Part shown: positions 10,154-21,451 of the stretch, one piece after another | Position numbering within the stretch: the stretch's first letter is position 1 | How the letters are laid out: each line of letters starts with the position of its first letter | Source: Perkinsela sp. CCAP 1560/9 | Taxonomy: Eukaryota; Protista; Euglenozoa: Kinetoplastea | Assembly (NCBI GenBank): GCA_965644495.1 | Contig: CBFFSA010000001.1 | Location: forward strand, 930,001 to 994,000 | DNA length: 64,000 nt | Direction of reading: 5' to 3' | Program-made: the position numbers and the translations under genes | Notes under the pieces: model-generated | Database searches by the model: none | Told to the model about the DNA's origin: nothing | What the model saw: the letters and a program-made list of their open reading frames with translations, nothing else

Positions 10154-10520
10154 CTGTCCGCTCCCACTTAAACGCAACCGGGTTTTGACCGAAAATTGGG
10201 CTTAAGTCGCCGGGTCAAAAATATCTCAAAAGGATATTTCGAACAATTTCGAAAGATATTTCGGACAAGACATCTTTCGCGTCATTGTTGAACGAAGGAC
10301 GGTACAAGTTGTTCACGACGTGAACAGCGCAATTATTCTCACCGGGGGCCTGTTGCTCGCAAGACACATAAGAAATGATGTACGTTCGTGGAGATAAACA
10401 CAAAAGTTCAGCTATGCGTGTCTTTTAAATGAATGGATGTTGCCCCGAGCCGCGTGAGGGTAATACGACCGCATACACAGTTATGATATGTCCAAGGACG
10501 ATCACAAGTACGAAATTGTT
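10154..10520. mobile_element. Terminus of a TA-flanked pogo/Tigger-like element, followed by a decayed C48-protease-like fragment
   Basis: TA|CTGTCCGCTCCCACTTAAACGCAACC matches the termini at 46787 and 50063; minus strand CEQQAPGENNCAVHVVNNL resembles the Ulp1 QQ..xxDCG motif. Confidence 0.5.
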
Positions 10521-11728
10521 GGTATAAACCGGGGGTCACTCCAATATCAAAATCAAAGTTTGATATTAAGCTGGTAATTTTGATATTAAAGTGTCCGCCC
10601 CAAGAGGTTTGTTATTAAAGCGTCGGCGGGTTAATATCAAAATCACCTATTTCCTAAGATTCGTACCTAAAAGGTTAAGTCAGGTTCCCCGTTTTGAAGG
10701 TGTCAAAAGCTTTCGGAGAACTAGTTGGTCGGCGTCTGTACCATCAGCGGGATGGCAGTGGCAGAGCATTTTCCCAAATAAAACTAAAAAGAACACAAAC
10801 TTCAGAGAAAAGATATAAAAATTTAATCAAGAAGGAGAATTTCGCTTGCGGCGCATTTTTATTTTTTTAGCACAGATTTCTGTCTGGGCTTTTGTTGACA
10901 CAACTTCATTCCCCCCTGTAATCCTATGTCGTTTAATATTTGTTCCAACAATGATAATTGCATTGAGGAACTTTTCTTGGTCCGCAGAGGATCAATCAAT
11001 TGGATGAACTTCTTCAACCCCTCAAGAGGCGTTACCAAAAAGGCGTTAGCCGGATAGGAAAATGTTCTGCGCAGGGGTCAAAGTCACAGAGGACGTACTT
11101 TAAATCAACGAACGCTCAGCTAAAGCAAAAGAATCAGGCGGAAAGGATACACGCAACAGAGATTTGCACTCACGTCAAAAAGAGCGAAAAAGGCGAAACA
11201 AAAATATATAGGGGTTTTCTAATAAATAGTAAATGTTTGTTTAGTTTCTCCTACCTTCATATGCACATTTTTTATGATTTGTTTAGTTTCTGGACTAAAC
11301 TTAACTAAATTGACGGGTCAAAGGCAGTGAAAATGGAGCAAAAAATCACTTTTTTTAGAAAGGTTTGGTATTTTTTTTTAATTGATTGAAAAAAGAGTTT
11401 TTCTGGGACCTTTGGAAATTAGTACTTTCGTAGACGCATGCGACAGAAAAAGGGGATTACAAAACAAAGCACCTCTTTTAACTATATTTTCACTGCCTAT
11501 CCCAAATTGACTCGTAAAAAATAGTGAAAAAACATTGAAAAATGAGAGGCCATTATACGTACTTGAATGTGAAATATCACATTGGGTAATTGTTCGGGCC
11601 AAGAATTTCAGCGCATATTTCAAGATTATGTTTCAAGCTCTATGCCCCTTGAAATTTTCATACTTTGACTATCTCGAAAGCAATGGTTCAAGTCAATCTC
11701 GTGAATAATACGGTGTAAACTTTGTTTG

Positions 11729-13315
11729 ATGACGTCAGAAGAGTCCTACTCGACATCTACGGCTACTTTTTGTTCTGATGATGAGCTTTCTGTATCTCCT
11801 CTAAGAAGAGTTCTTCCTGCCCGCAGTCAACGGGGTGCTCGCCTCGGTGCATTACTTGAAAAGGTAAAAGAGGGATCAAGGTACGAGAAAAGTCTTTTCT
11901 CTGGATTAAAAATTGAAGAAAGCAGTGAGTCTAGTTCGGGAGATAGAGAAGACTCTTTAAAAAACAGTTCCGGGAACGATTCAGAATATAGCGCAAGCAA
12001 TTCAAGTGCTGCATATGATAGCTATGACAGCGACTTCGATGACGAGGTGCGTGGTGTTGATAGGACATTGGTGCAAAAAAATGGTTTAACAAATTCGAGC
12101 ACATCGAGTGACTCGGGTGAACCTGAAAGAGAACAGAAATCAAAAAAGGAACGTTTGGATCGAATTATTCAAAAACGGCTTAAGCGAAAGCGTGAAGAGG
12201 AGAAAAAGGGCAGTAGAAAAACGGAGAAGCAATCGTATTTTCTTGGGAGAAATCGAGATTGCCAAGAGCGAAAATCATCTCGTTACCACACACTAGCAGC
12301 TTCCGTCGCAGCAGAAAGATGGCATACTGGAAATATTAGAGAAAAACATTCTGACTTGAAGCACAAGGAGCCAATTACTCAAGAAAAACGCCTAGCGCAT
12401 GCTGCTGAGGTCCGGGAGCTAAACATCAACACACTTGGGGACAGAAATTGTGATGAGTCGGAGCAATCAGCTGATGAGTACTTGCTTAAAAGAAGGACCA
12501 AGTGTGATGCGCAGTTCTCTGGAAGACGAAATGACATTCTGTGTTCCACCAAGACTAAGACATGGTATAAGAAGTGTTCATCGAATACGTTAATTACTTT
12601 TCCAATGAGCTCTGAAGAATACAGCTCGATCTACGCGCATCCAAAAACTGCCGACCTTGTTGAGCTTGGTTATGTATCTTGGAGAAATTTTGATACCATA
12701 AAATTCTTAAATAGTCTGCGAATGGAAAAGCAATCGAACAATTCAGAAACAGATCATTCTAGAAAAAATACTGAACACACAAAATATAAATACGATGGCA
12801 ATCATAATTCTAAAGAAATGTATAGTCTTCCATACGAAATAAGAGTGTATCTTTCTGGTCAATATCGCGACGATTTTGCTGCCCGAAGAGTGGTTGATTC
12901 ACCCGGTCAAAATAATAGGAATGCTTATCCCATACATCATAATGAGAGTCAGGCAACAAACAAGTCCAAGAAGATTGTGACATGTACTGTCCATATAAAC
13001 TCAAGAGAATGGATCAATAACTGCATGTCAAAGAATTCTTGGAATTTTTTTGAGCATGATATTTTCTTTCGGTATCGGGATAATAGAACGGGCATTTGTT
13101 ACGATACATTGTCCCATTTTTCTGTGATACGTGCGGTTTACGACACGGTACTTGCTTTTTGGGAAAAAGAAGGATACCCTATGAGCTGGGAGAAGACATG
13201 GGGGAATCAAGCTGTCGTGTTATCCTCGAGCGAATTGAGATTTACTTTGCTTCCTATTCTTCTAAATGTAGCAATTTTGTGTAATAAAAGTGTTTTATTG
13301 TCTAAAGTTTCATAA
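11729..13315 (+). CDS. VPS72: Vps72/Swc2/YL1 family H2A.Z chaperone (SWR1 complex)
   Basis: RSQRGARLGALL, YDSDFDDE, ITQEKRL and YL1_C-like RYRDNRTGICYDTLSHFSVIR. Confidence 0.75.
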   Translation: MTSEESYSTSTATFCSDDELSVSPLRRVLPARSQRGARLGALLEKVKEGSRYEKSLFSGLKIEESSESSSGDREDSLKNSSGNDSEYSASNSSAAYDSYDSDFDDEVRGVDRTLVQKNGLTNSSTSSDSGEPEREQKSKKERLDRIIQKRLKRKREEEKKGSRKTEKQSYFLGRNRDCQERKSSRYHTLAASVAAERWHTGNIREKHSDLKHKEPITQEKRLAHAAEVRELNINTLGDRNCDESEQSADEYLLKRRTKCDAQFSGRRNDILCSTKTKTWYKKCSSNTLITFPMSSEEYSSIYAHPKTADLVELGYVSWRNFDTIKFLNSLRMEKQSNNSETDHSRKNTEHTKYKYDGNHNSKEMYSLPYEIRVYLSGQYRDDFAARRVVDSPGQNNRNAYPIHHNESQATNKSKKIVTCTVHINSREWINNCMSKNSWNFFEHDIFFRYRDNRTGICYDTLSHFSVIRAVYDTVLAFWEKEGYPMSWEKTWGNQAVVLSSSELRFTLLPILLNVAILCNKSVLLSKVS

Positions 13316-13844
13316 GCCTCACAGCTATTTTTGTTATTGTTGGACTCTCAAGGAACGCATTCCCAGGACGCATCAAATACTATCCGACATGTACCCGTCA
13401 ATAATATGTACCCCCCTACAGGTCTTGTATTTTATCCAGTTTAGGGAATCTTTTGCATACCCAGAAACAAGTGCCTTTTTTACAATTTTCGGTACTTGCA
13501 AAACATTTTGCCCCGAATTTCAGTATTTTGTAGGTAAAAAATATTTGATTAGTAGAAGCGGGCACCAAATAGCGTAGACACGATATTCAGAACGAGATCT
13601 CTCGTTTGCAACAAAATCAGCTCAAAACCCTCGGGACGCTAAAATGCTGACCTTGTCCGTTCCCCCCCCCCCTGTATATCTACATGCAAATACATGTATG
13701 CGTCGCACTTACTATACGAGTACATACAGTTAAGGCACAAAAAGAGAAACAAATACAGCGTAAAAAATTAAGAAAAGCGTAAAATAAGCAGGCCACGAAA
13801 GTATAAAAAACATTTCTAACTAATGTATATAGGTCCATTGTAGA

Positions 13845-15059
13845 ATGTCGCATATTCATGTAGAAAGAGATAATGATTGTGTGATCACAGTTCGAAGAAG
13901 TGGTTTGCGTCATGTGTGTTTCGTTGATCTGGATTCGCTCCCAGACTTCTTTCATGACTTGAATGAGAATTTAGACTCTATATTGCGCGAAGAAAAGGTG
14001 TTCCTTTTCGTTTATTTGTGTCACAGGGCTCCACATGCAGTTCTAAACTCCAATTCATTTTATTGGTTGCTTCGCTCCCAACGGGTAGAAATGGAAATGA
14101 TCCCGAAACCTAGCGGTCAAGACCGCCCTGTTCTCTGTGTCGATGCGTTAGAAGAAAAAGTAAAGCAACTACACGGTACTCTTGATGATTCCGTGTTCTT
14201 CACCATTGTAGCCGGGGAACTTTATCGACGCCGTCTGGAAATGCTAAGCTCCGTGGTGGCCGTACGGCGCAACATATCGACAATTACACCGCAACAAGCA
14301 TACTACCACCATCGCTGGACACATGATCTGAAACAACGCCTTCGAATTTGCGGTAGCCTTCAACCTTCTAGTTCTGGAACAGCTGGTGTTGCCTCGGAAA
14401 CCCAGGTCGTACGCAGCTCACTAAACAGCGCTGATGAAGCGAGAAAGCACATGAAAATCGGGGTTCAACCACAGTGCGATCAATCTGTGAAGGGCACCTC
14501 CTGCAGCGATGCGAGTACACGAGCGGCGTGCGACTCTCTTATTCTAGATCAGGAAAGTCAGTCGAAGGATTCAGTCGTAGACAAGGCCCGGACGAAGGGC
14601 TTTCGGCTACCACAATCCTCAACTCGGGAGGAGACACAGTCTTCTGTCACTTGTGAAGCTGTGAAAGAGTCCACCTCTACTAATGTTGAGAACGTGTACA
14701 AAACCAAGTCCCCGCTTTCTACAGCTATTTCTCAGACGGCATTTCAACCTGGAATTCCCTTTATTACACACTCCCTGGAACTACATTCTCCTCCGATGTC
14801 AGTAGGGCAATGGATTCCCAACCCTACGGTTGTGCCCCCAAACATGATCAACGCTTCTATAGTTACCCCTCAAGGTCCGAATCTTGCGCCGCCCCCACCA
14901 ATGGGGTATCACTTGTATGGGGAAAATATTTATGATCCGCGCAACTATTCAGAAGTACAGTATGCGACGTATCACGGCGAACTGAATGAGTCTATAAATT
15001 TTGACGCCAAACGGCGTCCTCAAATGCCATATGGGTCCCAGGGTTACTTTCAAAGATAG
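13845..15059 (+). CDS. Hypothetical protein, Pro/Tyr-rich disordered C-terminus
   Basis: 404-aa ATG ORF on the cluster strand. Confidence 0.7.
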   Translation: MSHIHVERDNDCVITVRRSGLRHVCFVDLDSLPDFFHDLNENLDSILREEKVFLFVYLCHRAPHAVLNSNSFYWLLRSQRVEMEMIPKPSGQDRPVLCVDALEEKVKQLHGTLDDSVFFTIVAGELYRRRLEMLSSVVAVRRNISTITPQQAYYHHRWTHDLKQRLRICGSLQPSSSGTAGVASETQVVRSSLNSADEARKHMKIGVQPQCDQSVKGTSCSDASTRAACDSLILDQESQSKDSVVDKARTKGFRLPQSSTREETQSSVTCEAVKESTSTNVENVYKTKSPLSTAISQTAFQPGIPFITHSLELHSPPMSVGQWIPNPTVVPPNMINASIVTPQGPNLAPPPPMGYHLYGENIYDPRNYSEVQYATYHGELNESINFDAKRRPQMPYGSQGYFQR

Positions 15060-15760
15060 CTACTGAATATTCTATTCTTTCACGTGCCCATTTGCAAATG
15101 AGAGCCAAGCTTCAAACGAATTTGAAAGTACATGTATATTCAACTTCCTCAAAATTCTATTATGTTCATCTTCCCTTAGTGGGTTTCTTGCTATTGCTTC
15201 ATTAATTTTCAAAATGCTGGAAGATTTTTCTAGGATTAATGGAACGCGTTTTTTAGGATTGTCGCGTTTAATGCTAGTAGATGTCTTCAGCATATTGATT
15301 TTTAATGATGCCGTATAGCATCTCGAATAAATTTATTCACTTTTTTTTATTCACTTACATTTTTATTCACGACCTTAATTCCAATATCGGCGAACCAAAG
15401 TTTCTGTCGCCGCATTTCTGTCGTCAAAAGTTGCCAACTTTCCTCGAAAAGTACCGACAGATAACTAGGGGGGTATAGTATATAAATTTCATTCTCTTTC
15501 TTTTTCTTCAGTTCTTTATGCATGGGCAACAAATATGTTCATGTATGCATTTATTACTGTTGTTAGTTATAACGCAAAACTTCTGATGCAACGGAACCTA
15601 GACAGTGTCCTAAAAAAATTATATCATAGGACTTCTCGAAACTTCTTTCACATTTCATTCTTGAGAAACGTTTTTCGCAACTCTGTTCTTTTCGCATTTC
15701 TTGAGCTTAATGTTATCACGACGAAATATTAGGTAATAATTTACCTTGGAGCTGTGAACT

Positions 15761-16162
15761 ATGCGTTGTACAATACTTTTGGCACTGCATTTCTCGCGGC
15801 GTTTGACTGCCGTAAACAATGTCCGTATAGTAGCTAAGAAAAAACACCGTATAGTAGGAAATTGGGACTTGCTCAAAGAATATTTTCGGCCAACATACCG
15901 TCTGGAAAAAGATTTCATTAATACTTTTGAATTACTAAGGTTTGTTGCATACGTGTTAATACCCCTTTTGACATTGTTGTTCTGGAAGTACTCATACAAG
16001 GATTACGGTTCAATAAACGAGGAATTACTTCGTCCCATGTTGCGTCCTGCAAGAGAACCTACTGCACCAACCTCTTCAACTTCATATTTCAATGTCCTTG
16101 ATGACTTAGAATTGCGCCGCGACGAAGCCTTGTTAAAACTTGGTTCAGAAGCAATATCATAG
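15761..16162 (+). CDS. Small single-TM, probably mitochondrial protein (weak PET100-like)
   Basis: Basic presequence-like N-terminus; FELLRFVAYVLIPLLTLLFW TM segment. Confidence 0.55.
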   Translation: MRCTILLALHFSRRLTAVNNVRIVAKKKHRIVGNWDLLKEYFRPTYRLEKDFINTFELLRFVAYVLIPLLTLLFWKYSYKDYGSINEELLRPMLRPAREPTAPTSSTSYFNVLDDLELRRDEALLKLGSEAIS

Positions 16163-16423
16163 TAACAATGATCCGTAACTACAGTAAAGTACAGTAGTAG
16201 TGCTACTTGCTACTGTTAGTTCTATCATTAATCTTGTATTGTGTGGTTGTACTATGGTACTATCTACAGTGAGCATTGCGTAAATATTATTATGTGCATT
16301 ATGTGATCAGTGCATTATGTGATATAGGACATGTAAGTAAATTCGCACAATAAGCGCATACTGCGAAATTGTGTATCTGCGATAGAAGCGCTTTTTAATC
16401 TTCTAAAAGGCATATCTTCGTTG

Positions 16424-19400
16424 ATGCATCGATCTCTGTCATCCTTGAATGAGGTACAGACACTACTGGGTCCATTATCATGCTTTCTTGATCAGCGCCA
16501 ATTAAATGACATCCAGCGTTCATGCTTTCGCCCGCTGCTGCTTTCCGATATCAACATGGTTATTGCAGCGCCGACAGGCAGTGGAAAAACTCTACTTATG
16601 GAATTGGCGATGATACGATTGTTCGCTCCACGTTTACTCCATTTTATCCAACGCCGCGCTACGGAGTCCACCCTTACTGTGTCTCCTTCACCGGCCAATA
16701 ATTCGACTCTTCGGTGCGAGAAAGTTGTCTACTTGTGTCCGACAAAGTCTCTTGCCCAAGAGAAAGCGACCCTGTGGGAGAAAAAATATGGACCCTATGA
16801 ACTTTGTATCGTTATGGAAACTGGAGACACGGATCGTACGCTAAATTCACTGACTCGTGTTTGTGCTGCTGACGTGCTGGTTACCACCCCAGAGCGCTGG
16901 GATAGCATAACTCGTGGGTGGAAAGAGGGAGCGGTGTTAAATTTGGTAACGTCAGTTGCCTTGGTGCTGATCGATGAAGTGCATACACTTCACGATGACA
17001 GAGGTCCCGCATTGGAGGCTCTTGTGAGTCGCATGAAGACCGTGCACAAGGTACGCCAAAGTCGTAGCAATCGAATATGTATCGAGGAACCGATCGGTGG
17101 GGCTTCCGGCGCAAATGATAAAGATCACAAGGCTCGGGAAGAATCTGCTCTGGGTGATGGGGCTGCTTACAGCACATCTTTACAGGCACATGGCGGCTTC
17201 ACAATGCGATTTATCGCCGTAAGTGGCACACTTTCCAATGCAGAAGACATTGCTGCATGGTTAGAAGTCCCCGACGAAGGACTACATGTCTTCTCGGAAT
17301 CTTTGCGTCCAATAGAACTACACGTAAAGGTACTGTCCTTTGGATCCAGATGTGACAATCCTTTTAGCTATGATCGTTTGCTGAGCTACAAGCTTGCTCC
17401 GATGATCGAAAAATATTCTGATGGGAAGCCAACACTGATATTCTGTGCATCTAGAAAAGAAGCTGAAAATTCTTGTCTTGTCATTAATCAGCATGCCACT
17501 CATACATCAATGTTGCCGAGGGATTGCACGCAGCGTCAAAGTTTTCTCAATTCTTTGTCAACGATAAACAACACCTTGCTTCGCCAATGTATGGAAAAGG
17601 GGTTGGGATTTCATCATGCCGCGCTTTCCCCCAGTGATCGTCGGGCTGTGGAAAAAGCATTTTCAGAGCAATCCATACGCGTTGTGTGTTGCACAACAAC
17701 CCTGGCAGTTGGAGTGAACTTCCCTGCACGGCTAGTTATCGTGAAGGGCACGACGGGCTACAAGGGCGGCTCCCGGGTTGATCTCCCTCTACACGAAGTG
17801 CGCCAAATGCTCGGCAGAGCAGGACGCCCAGGGCTGGATACTAGTGGTGTAGGACTTGTTCTAACTACAGAAAACAAAGTTTATACCTACAATACCCTTA
17901 CTCAGACAAATGCAGAACATGTTCAAGTAATTGAAAGCAAGTTGTATGCGCACCTTGGGGAACATATTAATTCCGATATTGCCCTTTTAACGATTAACAG
18001 CATCGAGACTGCGAAAGAATGGCTCCGGACAACCTATTTTTGGGTCAGGGTGAACAAAAATCCAACATTTTACGGCGTAGAGAGGCACTGCGCTGTCGAC
18101 CAATTTATTACAGATATCTTGGAGGACCAGTTACAAAAATTAAGGAGCCTGGAATGTGTCTACATTCACGTGGAAACAGGTACCCTACGACCGTCTCGAA
18201 TAGGAAAGCTGGTTGCCAAGTATTACATACTCCTTCAAACTCTACGTGTTGTACGTGACAACATGGGTCCTACAAGTGACATTAAGGAAGTACTTCAATG
18301 CATCAGCAAAACAGAGGAAATGCATGAATATCACATCCATCAAGGTGATAAACAGCACTTAAATCCACAAAACAAGACTATACGCTTTCCCATTCCTGGG
18401 CAGGCCCGAGGAAGAAATATTCGGGAGGATTGGCAAAAGATATTTATTTTAATACAATTGCGCTTAGCTGACGAAAATCTTGAAAATTTGTCTGCGTGGT
18501 CCTTGAAAAATGAGCTCGGGCGCATGTGGACAGTACTTCCTCGAGTATGTAAGTTTATTCAAGAATACTCTCTTGAAAAGAAATGGTTCGGTGCGACACG
18601 CGCCTCCTGGTCGTTGCTGCGCTGTGTCGAGCGTTCCATGTGGGAAACCTCCCCATTTCTGACCCGCGAGCTCGCGGGCATCGGCCCAGCAACAGCTAAA
18701 TTACTTGCGCAGTATTCCATTAACAATTTTGCTGACCTCTTGCAAGCTAATCCGCGAACTATCGAGCACTGTACTAACAAAAAGCCTCCATTCGGGAGTA
18801 ACCTACAAAGAAGAATTTCTTCATTTCCTTTCCTAAACTTTTTTGCACATCAAACTCGAATTGATTCTCCTGAAATAAGTAGAGAAGTAAGATTTTATGT
18901 CGGGCGTTGCAGTCCAGTGCATGTTTCTCAATCAACTTCAGAATTAGAGGGCGATCACCACGGAGGAAATGAACAAAACCGAAGTTGCTTGCTAGAATCT
19001 TCGGAAACCTTGTGGTACAGCTTTCTTGTCGGAGATAGTAACGGTAAACTTTTGTTGTATCGTCGTTTTCGAAGCATGGGTACATGGCCTCCACATTCAT
19101 GGGTAAACATATGGGACAAACATCATGAAGGGACTCTGGATCCAGACTGCGTACCCGAAGGCGTTTTATTATGGGAAGTAAATGTTCCACACCTAAGGGA
19201 CACACCTTGGGAAATTTATGCTACGCTAGTTTGTGAGGACTATTTAGGATACGATCGTTTTAGTAAAATCACATTAGAGTTAGATAGTTCATTAAAGCAG
19301 ACTAACGCAACTTCTGTGTCCGAGCAGGATGGTACCTTAGGCAGCGAATGCTCCAAAGACCATGAGACGCGGTGCAACAAAAAGGTGAGCAACTCAATTG

Positions 19401-20971
19401 AAGTCTTAGCTGATACGGTCCCGATCAAGGAAAAAATTCCACCTGCCAACTGCTCCGTTCCGCAAGCAAAAGAAAATATGAGCAATCACTCTACTCCATT
19501 GAAAAGAGAATCGGCGCCTTCAACTATGAAAAAAGCGAGTCCTAATACTGCATGTGAAAACGATGACAAAACGGGTATAACCATACCGAGCGGACGCAAT
19601 AAGTCTAGTATGATAGAACAAAGCCGTTTGGAAAAGGAGGAGCACAATCCTCTCAATCGGTTGTTTCAAAACGATCGGAATTCATTTGCAAGCAATTCTG
19701 CAATCCTAGAAGTAAGAGATTTGGATTCTGCATATAACAGAAGGAACGCCGTCTCAATATCGTCTCAAGGGCGCCATTTCCAGGTGGTAGAAGGTGACGA
19801 CAAATTCTCATTGGAGGAAAATGTGACAGTAACTCCTAGCTCAACTATTTATGCTAATGAACAGCGAAGTTCTGATCCAGTCCAAAGTGATCCTATACGT
19901 AATCTTTCGGAAGCCTCGGTTTTTGGAACAAGTATAAGAGGCAGAGATTTACTTCGCGACGAGGAAAGGAGAATTACTATGACATCTCGACCCGAAAAGT
20001 CATTCGGTGTAGATCCAAATAGATTAAAATTTTGTTCACCAGCACAGACCTATTCTTACCCGATAGACAACTGCGCAGAACGGATTTACATGTCGGAGCG
20101 GACGCCAATGCCGCATCAATCTGATCCAACTAATTCTATTTCACTTGCGGAATTGTCTGACGTAAAAAACCATCCAATTGAGCCTCCATGTTTTGTAGGT
20201 CAGAACCGCCACTACACGGCTGAACCTGTAGAGTGCTTGATACCAGCGTGTACTGGTCAAGAAGACAAGAAATATTATCGTCTAGGTGCTGCATACCCTG
20301 ATGTTCGCCGAAAAAACTCATCTGAGAAATATATCTCTCATTTGTATAATAGTCTACCGCCACCAAGCTCACGAAAGCGACCGCGGGGGGGTACGCAGTC
20401 TAAGTCGCAAGGCGGTCAAACTTCTGCTCATGGTGCTACTAATTTGGAAAGATATCCGTTTTCACAGCAAGCGAGAAATACAATGAATCCCTTTCAGCAG
20501 TGGGCGTACTCTCCTCTTCCAACTATAGCAAGCAATTCCGTTGTACATGAACCACAGCTTAATGAGGTTTCACATTCCTACGGTCAGTCTTCGCCTTTTA
20601 CACGAATGCATCATCCCACTCACATATACAGAAGCTATAATCCCTCCGATATGCTGAATTATCAAGAACAGAATAGTGATGTCCGTTCAAACGAAAACAG
20701 GCGTTTTGCTCAATGGGATAGCAATCAATTCAATAACTGCCCTGGGATGCCGTCGAGTGACTCATCGGTGATCGAAATTGTTGAAAACGAGTCCGTTGGA
20801 GCAAAACAGGAAACATTATTTTCTGGTTCTCCTTCACCGATTCGACCGAAAAGATCGTTATCTTCTGAAAGGGCTAACTTATCTGAACAAGAAGATACTT
20901 ACCCAAAGATAAATTCAATAGAAAACCCTTGCCTAGAGCCGTTCATTTCCTTCTTAGATACCTTGTCGTAG
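16424..20971 (+). CDS. HFM1: MER3/HFM1 Ski2-like DExH DNA helicase with Sec63 domain and long disordered tail
   Basis: APTGSGKT, TTPERWDSITRGW, IDEVH..RGPALEALVSRMK, GFHHA, TTTLAVGVNFPARLVIVKGT, QMLGRAGRPGLDTSG. Confidence 0.85.
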   Translation: MHRSLSSLNEVQTLLGPLSCFLDQRQLNDIQRSCFRPLLLSDINMVIAAPTGSGKTLLMELAMIRLFAPRLLHFIQRRATESTLTVSPSPANNSTLRCEKVVYLCPTKSLAQEKATLWEKKYGPYELCIVMETGDTDRTLNSLTRVCAADVLVTTPERWDSITRGWKEGAVLNLVTSVALVLIDEVHTLHDDRGPALEALVSRMKTVHKVRQSRSNRICIEEPIGGASGANDKDHKAREESALGDGAAYSTSLQAHGGFTMRFIAVSGTLSNAEDIAAWLEVPDEGLHVFSESLRPIELHVKVLSFGSRCDNPFSYDRLLSYKLAPMIEKYSDGKPTLIFCASRKEAENSCLVINQHATHTSMLPRDCTQRQSFLNSLSTINNTLLRQCMEKGLGFHHAALSPSDRRAVEKAFSEQSIRVVCCTTTLAVGVNFPARLVIVKGTTGYKGGSRVDLPLHEVRQMLGRAGRPGLDTSGVGLVLTTENKVYTYNTLTQTNAEHVQVIESKLYAHLGEHINSDIALLTINSIETAKEWLRTTYFWVRVNKNPTFYGVERHCAVDQFITDILEDQLQKLRSLECVYIHVETGTLRPSRIGKLVAKYYILLQTLRVVRDNMGPTSDIKEVLQCISKTEEMHEYHIHQGDKQHLNPQNKTIRFPIPGQARGRNIREDWQKIFILIQLRLADENLENLSAWSLKNELGRMWTVLPRVCKFIQEYSLEKKWFGATRASWSLLRCVERSMWETSPFLTRELAGIGPATAKLLAQYSINNFADLLQANPRTIEHCTNKKPPFGSNLQRRISSFPFLNFFAHQTRIDSPEISREVRFYVGRCSPVHVSQSTSELEGDHHGGNEQNRSCLLESSETLWYSFLVGDSNGKLLLYRRFRSMGTWPPHSWVNIWDKHHEGTLDPDCVPEGVLLWEVNVPHLRDTPWEIYATLVCEDYLGYDRFSKITLELDSSLKQTNATSVSEQDGTLGSECSKDHETRCNKKVSNSIEVLADTVPIKEKIPPANCSVPQAKENMSNHSTPLKRESAPSTMKKASPNTACENDDKTGITIPSGRNKSSMIEQSRLEKEEHNPLNRLFQNDRNSFASNSAILEVRDLDSAYNRRNAVSISSQGRHFQVVEGDDKFSLEENVTVTPSSTIYANEQRSSDPVQSDPIRNLSEASVFGTSIRGRDLLRDEERRITMTSRPEKSFGVDPNRLKFCSPAQTYSYPIDNCAERIYMSERTPMPHQSDPTNSISLAELSDVKNHPIEPPCFVGQNRHYTAEPVECLIPACTGQEDKKYYRLGAAYPDVRRKNSSEKYISHLYNSLPPPSSRKRPRGGTQSKSQGGQTSAHGATNLERYPFSQQARNTMNPFQQWAYSPLPTIASNSVVHEPQLNEVSHSYGQSSPFTRMHHPTHIYRSYNPSDMLNYQEQNSDVRSNENRRFAQWDSNQFNNCPGMPSSDSSVIEIVENESVGAKQETLFSGSPSPIRPKRSLSSERANLSEQEDTYPKINSIENPCLEPFISFLDTLS

Positions 20972-21451
20972 CTTTTCCAATTTTTTTTCAAAGCTTGCCA
21001 CCGCATAAAAAGTAGACAACGCGTATGTACGTGTATATCTTCTTTAACATTTATTGAAGCACCAAGTAAAACTTTGTTTTACTGTAGTAAAACTGGTTAG
21101 GTTTCTTACTTTCTTATTCTTTTGTATTTACATATTCTAACTTTCTTTGGTTTTATAAGAAAACTTTTATTAGTCTTGCACTTATTTTGTTTTTTACTAT
21201 CTTGGTTAGAGAACTTTTATTTGACTGTTGGGTAAAATTCTAAGAGCCATTGGCGTAATAACCAATTCATAATGACTTTCCAATAAACGTTGCGACACGC
21301 ATAAGAGAAATCATCATATTTAGTAAATAATATTTACCTACTTCTAATTTGAAGTATGAATATGGTGTGTTATGAGCGCGGCAAATCTCATCCCTCTTTT
21401 GCGCAAAACCAAAGGCATGACTTTTGGTCCAGGCACAGTTTTCCACGTTGA

